Shown in pieces: positions 45,575 to 58,344 of a stretch of DNA of 64,000 nucleotides. Position numbers and translations under genes: made by a program. How positions within the stretch are numbered: position 1 is the first letter of the stretch; each line of letters opens with the position of its first letter. The notes beneath the pieces are model-generated. The model ran no database searches and was not told where the DNA came from. It saw only the letters and a list, made by a program, of their open reading frames with translations. Source of the DNA: Alphaproteobacteria bacterium (GTDB lineage Bacteria > Pseudomonadota > Alphaproteobacteria > UBA828); NCBI GenBank assembly GCA_965220745.1, contig CBDCQT010000005.1, positions 192,001 to 256,000 of the forward strand, in the 5' to 3' direction.

Positions 45575-46813
45575 TTACCGCTCGGCCCACGGCGGCGTCG
45601 GGTGACGGACCTCCGAGGCGGCCCACCTGGTCGGCGCGACCACGACATAGGCGCCGTCCTGAATCTGGTAGAGGACCATGGGCTTCGCGATGTTCTTCCC
45701 GGTCTCGTCGAACTTGATGTTGCCGTAGAAGGTCTGCATCTCTGTCCTGGCGAGCGCGTCGCGCACTGCGTCCTTGTCGAAGCCGCCGGCGCGCTCGAAG
45801 GCTTCTGCAAAGACGATCACCGCGGCGGAGGATTCCGCGGCCTGATAGGGCGGCGCGTAGCCGTACTCTGTCTCGAAGGTCGCGGCATAATCGCCCGCCG
45901 AGCCGAAGACATCGTCGCGGTAGGAGAGCGTGGGTGCCCACTGGCTTGCGCAGAGCGTGTACTCGGACGCGGCGCCGAACTTGCCGATCACGTCGGCGCT
46001 GTCGCAGTGCGTGATCGCCAGCATCGGCACATCGACCCGCATCTCCTCCACCTGCCGGATAGCGAGCGCTGCCCCCTTGGAATGGCCCGAGACGACGAGG
46101 ATGTCGGGCTTCACCGCCTTCGTCTTGGCGAGCGTTGCCGCCATGTCGTTGAGCTCGGGCGGCAGTTGGTCGTCGATCACGACCTGGATGCCGAGCTTCG
46201 CCGCATCGGCGAGCACGCCTGCGCGGATGTCCTGGCTGAAGGGGTCGTTCTCGAAGGCGCCTGCGAGCTTCAGCGTCGCCGGGTCGCGCCCCTCGCGCTC
46301 GGCAAGCTCGGCCGCCAGCGCGACCGCGCTCGCGAGATACTGCTCGGTGGTGGAGAGCACCGCGAAGAGGTAGCGGTAGCCCTTGTTGAAGAGCTGGAGC
46401 GAGGCGCCGTTGGCCTCCACCATGGGCACGCCGTACTGCTCGGTCACCGGCGCGATGGCCTTGGTGAGGCCTGAGCTGTAGGGGCCCAGCATGAACTCGA
46501 TGCCGTCCTGATTGATCAGCCGCTCGGCGAGCTGCGCGCCGCGCGCCGGCGTCGATTCATCGTCGTAGTAGATGACTTCGAGGCGGTAGGTGTTGCCGCC
46601 GACCGTGATGCCACCGGCATCGTTGATGGTCTTGACGGCCAGGTCGTAGCCCCGCTGGGTGTGCTCGCCGGCGGTGGTGTACTTCCCTGTCAGCGATACG
46701 GCGGCGCCGAGGTAGACGGTGTCGCCTTCCACCTTCGCCAGTGCCTCGCCCGCGGCGAGAATGCTCAGCCCGAGCACTGCAATGCCGACGATGCCGGCCC
46801 GTGCCTTCACCAT
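45575..46813 (-). CDS. ABC transporter substrate-binding protein (LivK-like)
   Basis: Signal peptide ending ALA; GAAVSLTGKY, YYDDES, LGPYSSGLT, TFYGNIKFDETG. Confidence 0.9.
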   Translation of the reverse strand: MVKARAGIVGIAVLGLSILAAGEALAKVEGDTVYLGAAVSLTGKYTTAGEHTQRGYDLAVKTINDAGGITVGGNTYRLEVIYYDDESTPARGAQLAERLINQDGIEFMLGPYSSGLTKAIAPVTEQYGVPMVEANGASLQLFNKGYRYLFAVLSTTEQYLASAVALAAELAEREGRDPATLKLAGAFENDPFSQDIRAGVLADAAKLGIQVVIDDQLPPELNDMAATLAKTKAVKPDILVVSGHSKGAALAIRQVEEMRVDVPMLAITHCDSADVIGKFGAASEYTLCASQWAPTLSYRDDVFGSAGDYAATFETEYGYAPPYQAAESSAAVIVFAEAFERAGGFDKDAVRDALARTEMQTFYGNIKFDETGKNIAKPMVLYQIQDGAYVVVAPTRWAASEVRHPTPPWAER

Positions 46814-46899
46814 GACGACCCTCCAATCGAGACTGCTGGCGCTTTCCTCAATCGTGGCGAAGGCTGGCGGCGCTGTCCACCGTGTGCGCCTAAGCCCAA

Positions 46900-47703
46900 T
46901 CAGAATTCGTGACGCACGGAGAGACGAAGTCCGTGGCTTCGCAAACGGGCCTCGCTTGCGGCCTGATCGAGCATGAGCGGCTCCCTGCTCCCGTCGCGCC
47001 ACACCACCCGGCCGCCGCCCGTGGCAGTCTCGGCGGTGCCGAGATCGCTGTACCTCCACGCCAGGTCGAGCGTCGTGCTCTCGCTCAGCGCCGTCGCGAC
47101 GCCCGCCGTCACCATCCAGGCAAATCCGGTTCGGTGACCTCCCGGAACGTGTGTCGTCGTCGCCGGAAACATCATCCGCGTCTCGCCCGCCCGGACCCGG
47201 GCGGCGCCGACGCCGGCTCCCACGAAGGGGTCGAACGGTCCGAGCCTCGGCAAGCCCAGCGCCGGGAGGTCAACGTAGGCGGCAACCATCCCCGACACGA
47301 CGGAGAGGTCGACCGAGACAGTCTGCCGCAACTCGGAGGCCAGATAGTTGGCTCGTCCGCTGAAGGTGAGGTTTGGGCGGACCTCGACCAGAGCCTCGAT
47401 CCTCACGGCCGGGGCTACGGTGGTGCCGATCCCGACTTCGAGGGCGGCCACCGTGCCGAAATTCCCCACCGAACGATACGGCGCGCCGTCGGGGGCCGGG
47501 CCGCAGCCGTACAGCGGGACCGGCGCCTCGATCTCGCAGTTCTTGTCGCGGAACACCGTCTCTGTCGGTTGGTCCAGGCCGAATCCGGCTCGCAGGTAAA
47601 GGTCCTCGGCCGCTGCGGTCTCCGTGCTCGCCGCCGCCGCAAGCACAACCAAAGCGGCAGCGAGGCAGTGCCACGCTCTCCGCGCTCTCCTCGGTTGCGG
47701 CAT
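46900..47703 (-). CDS. Outer-membrane beta-barrel protein (opacity/OmpW-like)
   Basis: Signal peptide, AYVDL, PFVGAGVG, FAWMVTAG, LDLAWRYSDLG and a C-terminal Phe (SVRHEF). Confidence 0.75.
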   Translation of the reverse strand: MPQPRRARRAWHCLAAALVVLAAAASTETAAAEDLYLRAGFGLDQPTETVFRDKNCEIEAPVPLYGCGPAPDGAPYRSVGNFGTVAALEVGIGTTVAPAVRIEALVEVRPNLTFSGRANYLASELRQTVSVDLSVVSGMVAAYVDLPALGLPRLGPFDPFVGAGVGAARVRAGETRMMFPATTTHVPGGHRTGFAWMVTAGVATALSESTTLDLAWRYSDLGTAETATGGGRVVWRDGSREPLMLDQAASEARLRSHGLRLSVRHEF

Positions 47704-47741
47704 GTTGGAAGCGGGATGGAGCGACCCGGTCGGGCCTCTCC

Positions 47742-48887
47742 CTACCATTGCGACCGTGCCTCGATCGGCCAGATGTCCACCAGCGTGTCGCCGCGCACGC
47801 AATGATAGACGTCGTAGAGCAGGAGCGTCTGGTAGCAGTGCGGCGCAATGCATTCCAGCGCGTCGCCCACCTGCGGCAGGCGCTCGCCCTCCGGCACGGT
47901 GAGGCGGCCCATGTCATCGCCGACCAGCTCGTAGAGCGAGTCCGGGTGCGCGCCAGAGGCGACGCGGGGCGGGAACTCCTCGCGCTGAAGCTCCTTGATC
48001 CCGGCGTCGGTGACGGCGAACTCGTCCCGCGCGCTGATCACCGTGGTGCGGACGAAGAGCGAGGTCTCGAAGGGATGTGGGTTGTCAGGCTCGAAGGGGG
48101 TATCGGCGTAGTTCACGTCCATGAAGATGTAGCTTCCAGCCTGGCACTCGGTGAAGAGACCATTGGCCGCATCAATGGCATAGGTGCCGGTACCGCCGCC
48201 GGAGACGATCTCCGGGGCCAGGCCTTCCGCGCCGAGGCGCTCGCAAAGCTCGGCGAGCGGCGCCGTGCAGCGCTCCTGCTCGGCGCGGCGGGCGTCGAGG
48301 TCGGGCTCGCGCTGGAAGGAGCCGTTGTAGCCCTGGACGCCGGCGTAGATCGCGCCCTCGGTCCCGGCGATATGCCGTGCGAGCGCCAAGGCATCGTCCA
48401 CCGCGACGAGGCCGGTGCGCCGGCCGCCGACCTCGAAGTCCACCAGCATGCGGAGCGGCTTGCCGGCTTCCAGAGCGGCCGCGGCCAGCCGGTCCACCAC
48501 GGCAGCATCGTCCACGGCGACGAGCAGCCCGTCCGCGCGGGCGTTGAGGGCGGCGAGGCGGGCGATCTTGGTCTCGGTCACGACCTGGGAGAAGAGCAGC
48601 ACACCCGGAATCCCGGCATCGGCCATGATCTCGGCCTCGGCCAGCGTCGCGCAGCACTGGCCGAGCGCCCCGGCTTCGATCTGGCGCTTCGCCACCTCGA
48701 CCGACTTGTGGATCTTGGCGACGGGCCGGACCCCGTGGCCGGCCTTGCCCAGGTAGCCGGCGAGATAGGCGATGTTGCGCTCCAGCCGGTCGAGATCGAG
48801 CACCAGCGCGGGCGTCGACAACGCCGTGCGCGAGCCCTGCTGGCCGATGAGCGGTTCGTTGGGGCCGAGCTTTCCGATCGTACCCAT
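47742..48887 (-). CDS. Fold-type III PLP enzyme, D-threonine aldolase / D-serine dehydratase (DSD1) family
   Basis: TPALVLDLDRLERNI, RPVAKIHKS (PLP Lys), CATLAEAE, GVQGYNG, SGGGTGT, QAGSYIFMD, DAGIK, PHC. Confidence 0.85.
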   Translation of the reverse strand: MGTIGKLGPNEPLIGQQGSRTALSTPALVLDLDRLERNIAYLAGYLGKAGHGVRPVAKIHKSVEVAKRQIEAGALGQCCATLAEAEIMADAGIPGVLLFSQVVTETKIARLAALNARADGLLVAVDDAAVVDRLAAAALEAGKPLRMLVDFEVGGRRTGLVAVDDALALARHIAGTEGAIYAGVQGYNGSFQREPDLDARRAEQERCTAPLAELCERLGAEGLAPEIVSGGGTGTYAIDAANGLFTECQAGSYIFMDVNYADTPFEPDNPHPFETSLFVRTTVISARDEFAVTDAGIKELQREEFPPRVASGAHPDSLYELVGDDMGRLTVPEGERLPQVGDALECIAPHCYQTLLLYDVYHCVRGDTLVDIWPIEARSQW

Positions 48888-49046
48888 TATTTGACCTCGC
48901 GTTTCGTTGACCGCCGGCCATCGAATATCAGGGCACGCACGGGGTCAAATCGTGCCCGATTCCGAGGGCGGTGCAGATTGCGCCGACGGGGACGGGTCGA
49001 TAGGGTCCGCCGACCTGGAAGAGGGGATATCGCGGAGGACAAGGAC

Positions 49047-49583
49047 ATGGCGGACGGAAAACGTGGCCCGACGGCGCCGGTGGAGGGGCCGGCGCGGGCG
49101 CTCGATCACGTCGGCATTTCGGTGCCTGACATCGACGCGGCCGTCGCCTGGTACCGCGACATCCTTGGCTGCTACGTGCTGATGGAGTCCGTGGAGGGCT
49201 ACGCCGACGGCAGCTACTTCGGTCAGATCGTCGCCGACATCTACGGTGCGGACTTTCAGGGGATGAAAATCGCCCACCTGGCGACGGCCGACGGGGTTGG
49301 CATCGAGCTTTTCCAGTTCGTTGCCAACGAGCGGCAGGAGAACAACTTCGCCTACTGGAAGGACGGCATCTACCACATCTGCATCCTCGACCCCGACATC
49401 GAGGGCCTGGTGAAACGGATCGACGAGAGCGGCGGGAGGCGGCGCAGCAAGGTGTGGAGGCTCTGGCCCGATAAGCCCTACAGGATTTGCTATTGCGAAG
49501 ACCCATGGGGCACCATCATCGAGGTCAGCTCCCACCCCTACGTCATGGCCTGGTCGAACTTCATCCCGCGGCACGGGGACTGA
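49047..49583 (+). CDS. VOC/glyoxalase-family protein
   Basis: LDHVGISVPDIDAAVAWY, GIELFQF, YHICI, YCEDPWGTIIE; AGGA RBS before ATG 49047. Confidence 0.88.
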   Translation: MADGKRGPTAPVEGPARALDHVGISVPDIDAAVAWYRDILGCYVLMESVEGYADGSYFGQIVADIYGADFQGMKIAHLATADGVGIELFQFVANERQENNFAYWKDGIYHICILDPDIEGLVKRIDESGGRRRSKVWRLWPDKPYRICYCEDPWGTIIEVSSHPYVMAWSNFIPRHGD

Positions 49584-49632
49584 CCGACTGGTCCCGGCCT
49601 CGGTGGCGGCCAAGCACCGTGGCCAGCAGACG

Positions 49633-50796
49633 ATGGCGGTCTCTCGACTGCGCGATATCCCCGGCATCGGGGTCGACCGGATGGGCGATGCGGCGGATGC
49701 CGCCCGCGATCCCGACATGCTCCGTCTGGAGAACCTGGATACCGACATCCCGCCGCCCCAGGCCGCCATCGACGCCACCCGTGCCGCAGCATCGCGGGAC
49801 GATGCCAACAGCTATCTGCCCTTCCTCGGGATCGACGCGCTCCGACAGGCGGTGGTGGCGCGGCTCGAGGGCGACACCGGCATTGCCTACGACTGGCGCG
49901 CGCAGTGCGTGATCTCGGCGGGCGGGCTTTCCGGCATCCTGAACGCCCTGCTCGCCATGCTAGAGCCCGGTGACGAGGTCATCATCAGCGACCCGGCTTA
50001 CGCCGGCCTCATCAACCGCATCCGCCTCGCCGGCGGCGTGCCGCGCCTGGTGCCGCTCAGGGTGGTGGATGGCGGCTGGCGGCTCGATCTGGAGGCGCTG
50101 GCCGAGGCCGCGAGCGCGAAGACCAGGGTCGTGATCACCATGAGCCCGTCCATGCCGAGCGGCATCGTCCACACGCCCGAAGAGTGGCAGGCCATCGCCG
50201 CTGTCGTGCAGCAGACCGGCGCCTGGCTCCTGCACGACGCGGCGATGGAGCGTATCCTGTTCGGAGGGGCGCCGGCCCTGCATCCGGCACGGATACCGGG
50301 CCTCGCCGAGGGAACCGTGACCGTCGGCAGCGTCTCCAAGGAATACCGGATGATCGGCTGGCGGGTCGGCTGGATTGTCGGGCCGCCGGAGATCATGCGG
50401 GACATCGGCCTCGTCAGCCTTACCAACGTGGTCTGCCAGGTGGGCATCGGCATGCCGGGGGCCGCCGCGGCGCTCACGGCAGAGGACGACGGCATCGCCG
50501 CGGCGGTCGCCGAATGGCAGGCGCGGCGGGACCTCATCCTCGCGGAGTTGTCGGACCTGCCCGTGGTCCGGCCGGACGGTGGCTGGTCGCTCCTGATCGA
50601 CACGATCGCGCTCGGGATGAGTCCGGCGGATGCGTCGCAGCGCCTGTTCGAGACGGGCAAGATCGCCGCGACCCCGATGACCGGCTGGGGCAGCGAGGAG
50701 CATGCCGGCCGCTACCTGCGTTTCGTCTTTGCCAACGAGCCGTGCTCGCGCCTTACCGGCTTGCGCGAGCGCGTTCGCGCCGCGTGGTCGCTCTGA
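49633..50796 (+). CDS. PLP-dependent aminotransferase class I/II
   Basis: PGDEVIISDPAY, PSMPSG, HDAAME, SVSKEYRMIGWRVG. Confidence 0.88.
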   Translation: MAVSRLRDIPGIGVDRMGDAADAARDPDMLRLENLDTDIPPPQAAIDATRAAASRDDANSYLPFLGIDALRQAVVARLEGDTGIAYDWRAQCVISAGGLSGILNALLAMLEPGDEVIISDPAYAGLINRIRLAGGVPRLVPLRVVDGGWRLDLEALAEAASAKTRVVITMSPSMPSGIVHTPEEWQAIAAVVQQTGAWLLHDAAMERILFGGAPALHPARIPGLAEGTVTVGSVSKEYRMIGWRVGWIVGPPEIMRDIGLVSLTNVVCQVGIGMPGAAAALTAEDDGIAAAVAEWQARRDLILAELSDLPVVRPDGGWSLLIDTIALGMSPADASQRLFETGKIAATPMTGWGSEEHAGRYLRFVFANEPCSRLTGLRERVRAAWSL

Positions 50797-50915
50797 GGCG
50801 AGCACTCTCCACCTCCGGCCCGCACGCATAACGGACTCGCACCCTCTAGTCCCTGCGATATACTCCGGCCCCGGATTCTGCCTCCCGCCCCGCAATCACC
50901 GAGACGCGCCCGGCG

Positions 50916-51197
50916 ATGAACGCGTTGGCCGACCTCATCCACGCCGTCTTCTCGATCTACATCTATCTGCTGATCGCATCGGCGGTGTTCAGCTGGCTGG
51001 TGGCGTTCAACGTGATCAACACGAGCAACCGCTTCGTGTTCACGCTGCTGAGCTTCCTCCACCGCATCACCGAGCCCCCGCTTCGGCCAATCCGGCGCAT
51101 CATCCCCAACCTCGGCGGCATCGACATATCGCCGGTCATCCTGATTCTGATCCTCTACTTCCTCCGCGATCTCATCGTGAGCAACATCGTCCCATGA
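50916..51197 (+). CDS. YggT family membrane protein
   Basis: SWLVAFNVIN, RITEPPLRPIRRIIPNLGGIDISP; upstream of folD. Confidence 0.9.
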   Translation: MNALADLIHAVFSIYIYLLIASAVFSWLVAFNVINTSNRFVFTLLSFLHRITEPPLRPIRRIIPNLGGIDISPVILILILYFLRDLIVSNIVP

Positions 51198-51267
51198 GTC
51201 GTCCGAGACCGGTGCGCCCCTGCGCCTGCCGGATCGGATAGCGTCCAGCCCCTGACGAGGAACACCC

Positions 51268-52149
51268 ATGAGCGACGCAGTCATCATCGACGGCAAGGCA
51301 TTCGCGGCCGATATCCGGGCCGAAGTCGGGCGCAAGGCGGCGCTCCTGAAGGAGGGCCACGGCCTCGTGCCGGGGCTCTCGGTCGTGCTGGTGGGCGACG
51401 ACCCGGCGAGTCACGTCTACGTCCGCAACAAGGGTAAGGCGACCGTCGCCGCCGGCATGGATTCGCAGGAGTACCGGCTGCCCGACACCGCGAGCCATCA
51501 GGAGGTGCTGGAGACGGTCGAGAGGCTGAACGCCGACGATTCCGTGCACGGCATCCTGGTGCAGCTCCCCCTGCCCGATCAGGTGGACTCCAACGCCATC
51601 ATCAATGCCATCGACCCCGACAAGGACGTGGACGGCTTCCACACCACCAACGTGGGCCGGCTCACCACCGGGCAGGACAGCCTGGTACCCTGCACGCCGC
51701 TCGGCTGCATGCTGATGCTGCGGCACTTCGTGGGCGAGCTGAAGGGCAAGCGGGCGATGATCGTCGGGCGCTCCAACATCGTCGGTAAGCCGATGGCGTC
51801 GCTGCTGCTGCGCGAGCACTGCACCGTAACCGTCGGCCACTCGCGCACCCAGGACCTGCCGGGCGAGTGCCGCCGCGCCGACGTTCTGATCGCCGCCGTG
51901 GGGCGAGCCGAGATGATCCGGGGCGACTGGGTCAAGCCGGGTGCTGCGGTCATCGACGTCGGCATCAACCGCGTGCCGGCGGGCGAGAAGACCAGGCTGG
52001 TAGGCGACGTCTGCTTCGAGGAGGCGGTGGAGAACGCAGGCTGGATCACCCCGGTGCCGGGCGGCGTCGGGCCCATGACCATCGCGTGCCTGCTCAAGAA
52101 CACGCTCACCGCCGCCTGCCGCCGCCACGGGATCGAAGAGCCAGAGTAA
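51268..52149 (+). CDS. folD: Methylenetetrahydrofolate dehydrogenase/cyclohydrolase
   Basis: [52 protein letters not shown]. Confidence 0.98.
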   Translation: MSDAVIIDGKAFAADIRAEVGRKAALLKEGHGLVPGLSVVLVGDDPASHVYVRNKGKATVAAGMDSQEYRLPDTASHQEVLETVERLNADDSVHGILVQLPLPDQVDSNAIINAIDPDKDVDGFHTTNVGRLTTGQDSLVPCTPLGCMLMLRHFVGELKGKRAMIVGRSNIVGKPMASLLLREHCTVTVGHSRTQDLPGECRRADVLIAAVGRAEMIRGDWVKPGAAVIDVGINRVPAGEKTRLVGDVCFEEAVENAGWITPVPGGVGPMTIACLLKNTLTAACRRHGIEEPE

Positions 52150-52202
52150 GATGCCAACACGCTGCTGCGCCCGACGCCGGTTTCCCCGCGTCCGCAATCG
52201 CC

Positions 52203-52232
52203 TTGCTACATCAATCGAAATGTCAATATAAT
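52203..52232 (+). promoter_or_regulatory. Sigma70-type promoter candidate for the Xre-RES operon
   Basis: TTGCTA (52203-52208), 18-nt spacer, TATAAT (52227-52232) in an AT-rich patch; overlapped by a CAATAT direct repeat. Confidence 0.5.
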
Positions 52233-52339
52233 ACGCAATATGAAGCGCTATATCTATGCCGTGAGGGAAGGCGCCCTCGTAGCGAGTGTCACGTGGCGGA
52301 CGCGACGGTTGACAGCGTACCAAGCAGGGTAAGCGGACA

Positions 52340-52702
52340 ATGGCAGGAGCAAAAACGGCGCCTGCGAGCAGTGCAATCGCGAAGCGATTGGGGTCGATCT
52401 CCGCCAAGGGTGCAATGCGACATGTCGAGGTGGCCAACCTGCTCGGGACGAGACCGGAGACGGTGTCGCGCTGGAATCAGGGCCGCGCCTATCCGCACGC
52501 AAGAGCCGAGAAAACTCTTCTGGAGCTGGAGTTCATCGTCGACCAGCTATCAGACTTCTACGAACCGAACGAAGCCCGTCAGTGGATATTCGCCCCGCAA
52601 AGGCTCCTGAACGGGCAGTCGCCGGCGGAGCTGATCCAGGATGGGCGAATCGACGAAGTACGACGGTTGGTCAATCAACTTCGCGACGGCGTGTACGTTT
52701 AG
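52340..52702 (+). CDS. Antitoxin, Xre-like HTH plus MbcA/ParS toxin-binding domain
   Basis: HTH EVANLLGTRPETVSRWNQG; C-terminal ARQWIFAPQRLLNGQSPAELI..GRIDEV, typical of MbcA/ParS. Confidence 0.85.
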   Translation: MAGAKTAPASSAIAKRLGSISAKGAMRHVEVANLLGTRPETVSRWNQGRAYPHARAEKTLLELEFIVDQLSDFYEPNEARQWIFAPQRLLNGQSPAELIQDGRIDEVRRLVNQLRDGVYV

Positions 52703-52722
52703 TCAGCTTCAACCTTTCGAGC

Positions 52723-53277
52723 ATGAACCACGATCCGAAGCTCCTGGATCGCCTGGGCGAATTTCATTCGGAACGTTTCGAGGGTGAGGTATTCCGGGCA
52801 ACACGCACAAATGCGGATCCGATTGCCGCATCCATCAGCGGCGGTCGGTGAGCGGCGCCGCCCGACGGCAATGTCGGGCACTCCGTTCTCTACACCAGCC
52901 TTGAGCGCGATGGGGCGCTCGCCGAGGTAGCCTCGTTTCTGGCGGAACTGACGCCGATTCCAGGCCCCCGCCCGATCAGCGTGACGCGCCTGGCCGTCTC
53001 GACATCGCACACGCTGCAGCTTGTGAGGACCGATCTCGCTACGCTCGGGGTGGACTTGGCTCGCTACGGGGAGCGGGACTACGACCGAACGCAGAAGATC
53101 GGTGCAGCATTGGTCTTCCTCGGATTTGACGGGCTCATCGCTCCTTCAGCCCGCTGGCCCTGCGACAACCTAATGATATTCGGCGACAATCACGCGTTGA
53201 CCGAAAAGCTCGAGGTGGTGGGCGAAGAGCTGTTTGAGTGGCGAGTGTGGGCAGAGACCCACGGAATCATTGCCTAA
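52723..53277 (+). pseudogene. RES-domain toxin interrupted by an in-frame TGA at 52849-52851
   Basis: One frame: MNHDPKLL..VFRAT..SGGR*AAPP..VLYTSLERDGALAEV..TQKIG..FDGLIAPSAR..NLMIF. R, E and S motifs are present; the stop replaces the Trp of GGRW. Confidence 0.82.
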
Positions 53278-53352
53278 GCGTCGAACGAAGACGCGGAGAC
53301 GAGTGACACCGGGAGGTGATAGCCGTGAGCGGCCCCGCGATGGGGATGCGGA

Positions 53353-54556
<1,204 letters not shown>

Positions 54557-54564
<8 letters not shown>

Positions 54565-54934
54565 CGTCTCGTCTCCTTACCAGCCGGCGGGTGATCCCGC
54601 GGCTTCTCCGGCGCGCCGTCTCGCTCGGCCGCGTGGCCCGTCTAAATCGGCCCGTAAAGCGTTCAGGCTCCGGCGGATCGTACCCCGGCGTATCGGGGAG
54701 CGGGCGCGGGTTGTCGATCGAGGGCCACGGCACGAACGCCAAGACCCAGATCATGATCACGGGCAGGCCGATCAGGAGGCCCAGCCCGACCGTGACCGGC
54801 GGGATGAAGAGCCCCACGATGGGGAGCAGCATGAGATAGGCCCACCAGGGGTTGCGCCCGGCCTTGTTGAAGATACGCCAGAACATCCAGAGCATGATGA
54901 CCGTGACCGCGAGGTATTGGAGGACGCCGACCAC
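54557..54934 (-). CDS. Small membrane protein with a Pro/Arg-rich tail
   Basis: [20 protein letters not shown] ... WVLAFVPWP; stop overlaps the argG start. Confidence 0.65.
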
Positions 54935-54937
54935 GGT

Positions 54938-55129
54938 TCAGCGCTTCCCGTAGGGATCGCTCGGCCAGATCATGAAGGCGAGCAGCGCGAGCAGGATTAG
55001 CGGCCCGACCAGGGGCACGAACACCACGAGCGCGAGCGGCCAGCGCAGGCCCGCACGCCGACAGATGCGCAGAGCCGGATAGAGGAGTATGGCCCCGAGC
55101 GCGAGGCCGACGACGATTTGGACAGGCAC
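54938..55129 (-). CDS. Small membrane protein, paralog-like to the downstream gene
   Basis: RICRRAGLRWPLALVVFVPLVG...LAFMIWP; 3 nt from the next gene. Confidence 0.6.
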   Translation of the reverse strand: MPVQIVVGLALGAILLYPALRICRRAGLRWPLALVVFVPLVGPLILLALLAFMIWPSDPYGKR

Positions 55130-55201
55130 GGCCGCCGCGCGGTTGCGGTCGTTCAGGCGGGATGGGCGCGTTCGGCGCGCTGCGTCGTCCGCGCCCCCCG
55201 C

Positions 55202-56611
<1,410 letters not shown>

Positions 56612-56677
56612 CGTATTGCTCCATCACCCGCTCGGTCTTTCCTCATGGCGCCTGCATCCGGCAGCGCGCTGGCGCGC

Positions 56678-57025
<348 letters not shown>

Positions 57026-57162
57026 CTAAGCGGGCCAGGCCGGCACGGTCTCTAGCCCGGAGTTCTCTCCCTGTCGGCGCCGCATGATAGCGCAGGTCCG
57101 GTTCCGCGCAGCCTCCTTTGGTGGCATCATGCGCGGCCTTTGAGTGGGACAGGGAGGCGCAC

Positions 57163-58344
57163 GTGCAGATCGCCGAGCGCATGGGGCGGCTCGGGACCGA
57201 GACTGCCTTCGACGTATTGGCCCGCGCGGGCGCCTTGCAGGCGGCCGGGCGCAGCATCATCAATCTCGGCATCGGCCAGCCTGATTTCCGCACCCCCGAC
57301 CATATCGTCGAGGCGGGCCGCAAGGCGCTGTCGGACGGCCACCACGGTTACACCCCGGCGAACGGCATCCCTGCGCTGCGCGAGGCGGTGGTCGCCGACA
57401 TCGCCACGTACCGCCGCTGCGAGGTCGATCCCGACAACGTCGTGGTGGTGCCGGGCGGCAAGGTCACGATGTTCTTCGCTGCGCTGATGTTCGGCGAAGA
57501 GGGGGCCGAGATCCTCTATCCCAATCCGGGCTTCCCCATCTACGAGTCCACGATCAAGTTCTCCGGCGCGACGCCGGTGCCGATCCCGCTCTACGAGGAG
57601 ACCGGTTTCTCCTTCGATGCCGAGGAGGTGCTGGCCAAGATCACGCCCCGCACCCGGCTGGTCATGCTCAACAGCCCGGCCAACCCGACCGGGGGCGTGG
57701 TTCCGCGCGAAACCTTCGACCGGCTCGCCGAGGGGCTCGAGGCCCATCCTCATGTCGCGATCATGAGCGACGAGATCTACAGCCGCCTGCTCTACGAGGG
57801 GCGGGAGCATGTCACGATGCTGGACTATCCGGCGCTGCGCGACCGCGTGATCGTGCTCGACGGCTGGAGCAAGACCTATGCGATGACCGGCTGGCGAATC
57901 GGCTACGGGGTCTGGCCCGCGCCGCTCGCGGCGCACGCCACGCGGCTCGCGATCAACTGCAACTCCTGCGTCAACGCACCGACCCAGCACGCGGCGCTGG
58001 CGGCGCTCACCGGCCCGCAGGAGTCAGTCGACATCATGCGCAAAACCTTCGACGAGCGGCGGAAGCTCATCGTCCCCGCGCTCAACCGGATCGAGGGCAT
58101 CACCTGCGTCGATTCCGCCGGCGCCTTCTACGCCATGCCCAACATCACTGGCACCGGGCTCGACGCGCGCACGCTGCAGGACGGACTGCTGGAGGAAGCT
58201 GGCGTCGCCACCATCGCCGGCACCAGCTTCGGCGCCTACGGCGAGGGCTACCTCCGCCTCTCCTACGCCGCGAGCACGGAGGAGATCGAGGAATCCATCG
58301 CTCGCATCGAGGCTTGGCTCGCAGCGCGCGCAGCTGCGGCGTAG
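57163..58344 (+). CDS. Aspartate aminotransferase-like PLP enzyme (class I/II)
   Basis: LGIGQPDF, NSPANPTGG, SDEIY, DGWSKTYAMTGWRIG; GTG after GGGAGG. Confidence 0.92.
   Translation: MQIAERMGRLGTETAFDVLARAGALQAAGRSIINLGIGQPDFRTPDHIVEAGRKALSDGHHGYTPANGIPALREAVVADIATYRRCEVDPDNVVVVPGGKVTMFFAALMFGEEGAEILYPNPGFPIYESTIKFSGATPVPIPLYEETGFSFDAEEVLAKITPRTRLVMLNSPANPTGGVVPRETFDRLAEGLEAHPHVAIMSDEIYSRLLYEGREHVTMLDYPALRDRVIVLDGWSKTYAMTGWRIGYGVWPAPLAAHATRLAINCNSCVNAPTQHAALAALTGPQESVDIMRKTFDERRKLIVPALNRIEGITCVDSAGAFYAMPNITGTGLDARTLQDGLLEEAGVATIAGTSFGAYGEGYLRLSYAASTEEIEESIARIEAWLAARAAAA

Noticed and set aside
47373-49046. 736-aa ORF suggesting a long N-terminal fusion to the VOC protein
   Set aside because: The upstream part is antisense to the PLP enzyme and OMP genes; the real start is ATG 49047 with an RBS.
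52849-52851. Selenocysteine or genetic-code reassignment explanation for the RES TGA
   Set aside because: The position corresponds to Trp, not Cys, and TGA terminates many genes in this window.
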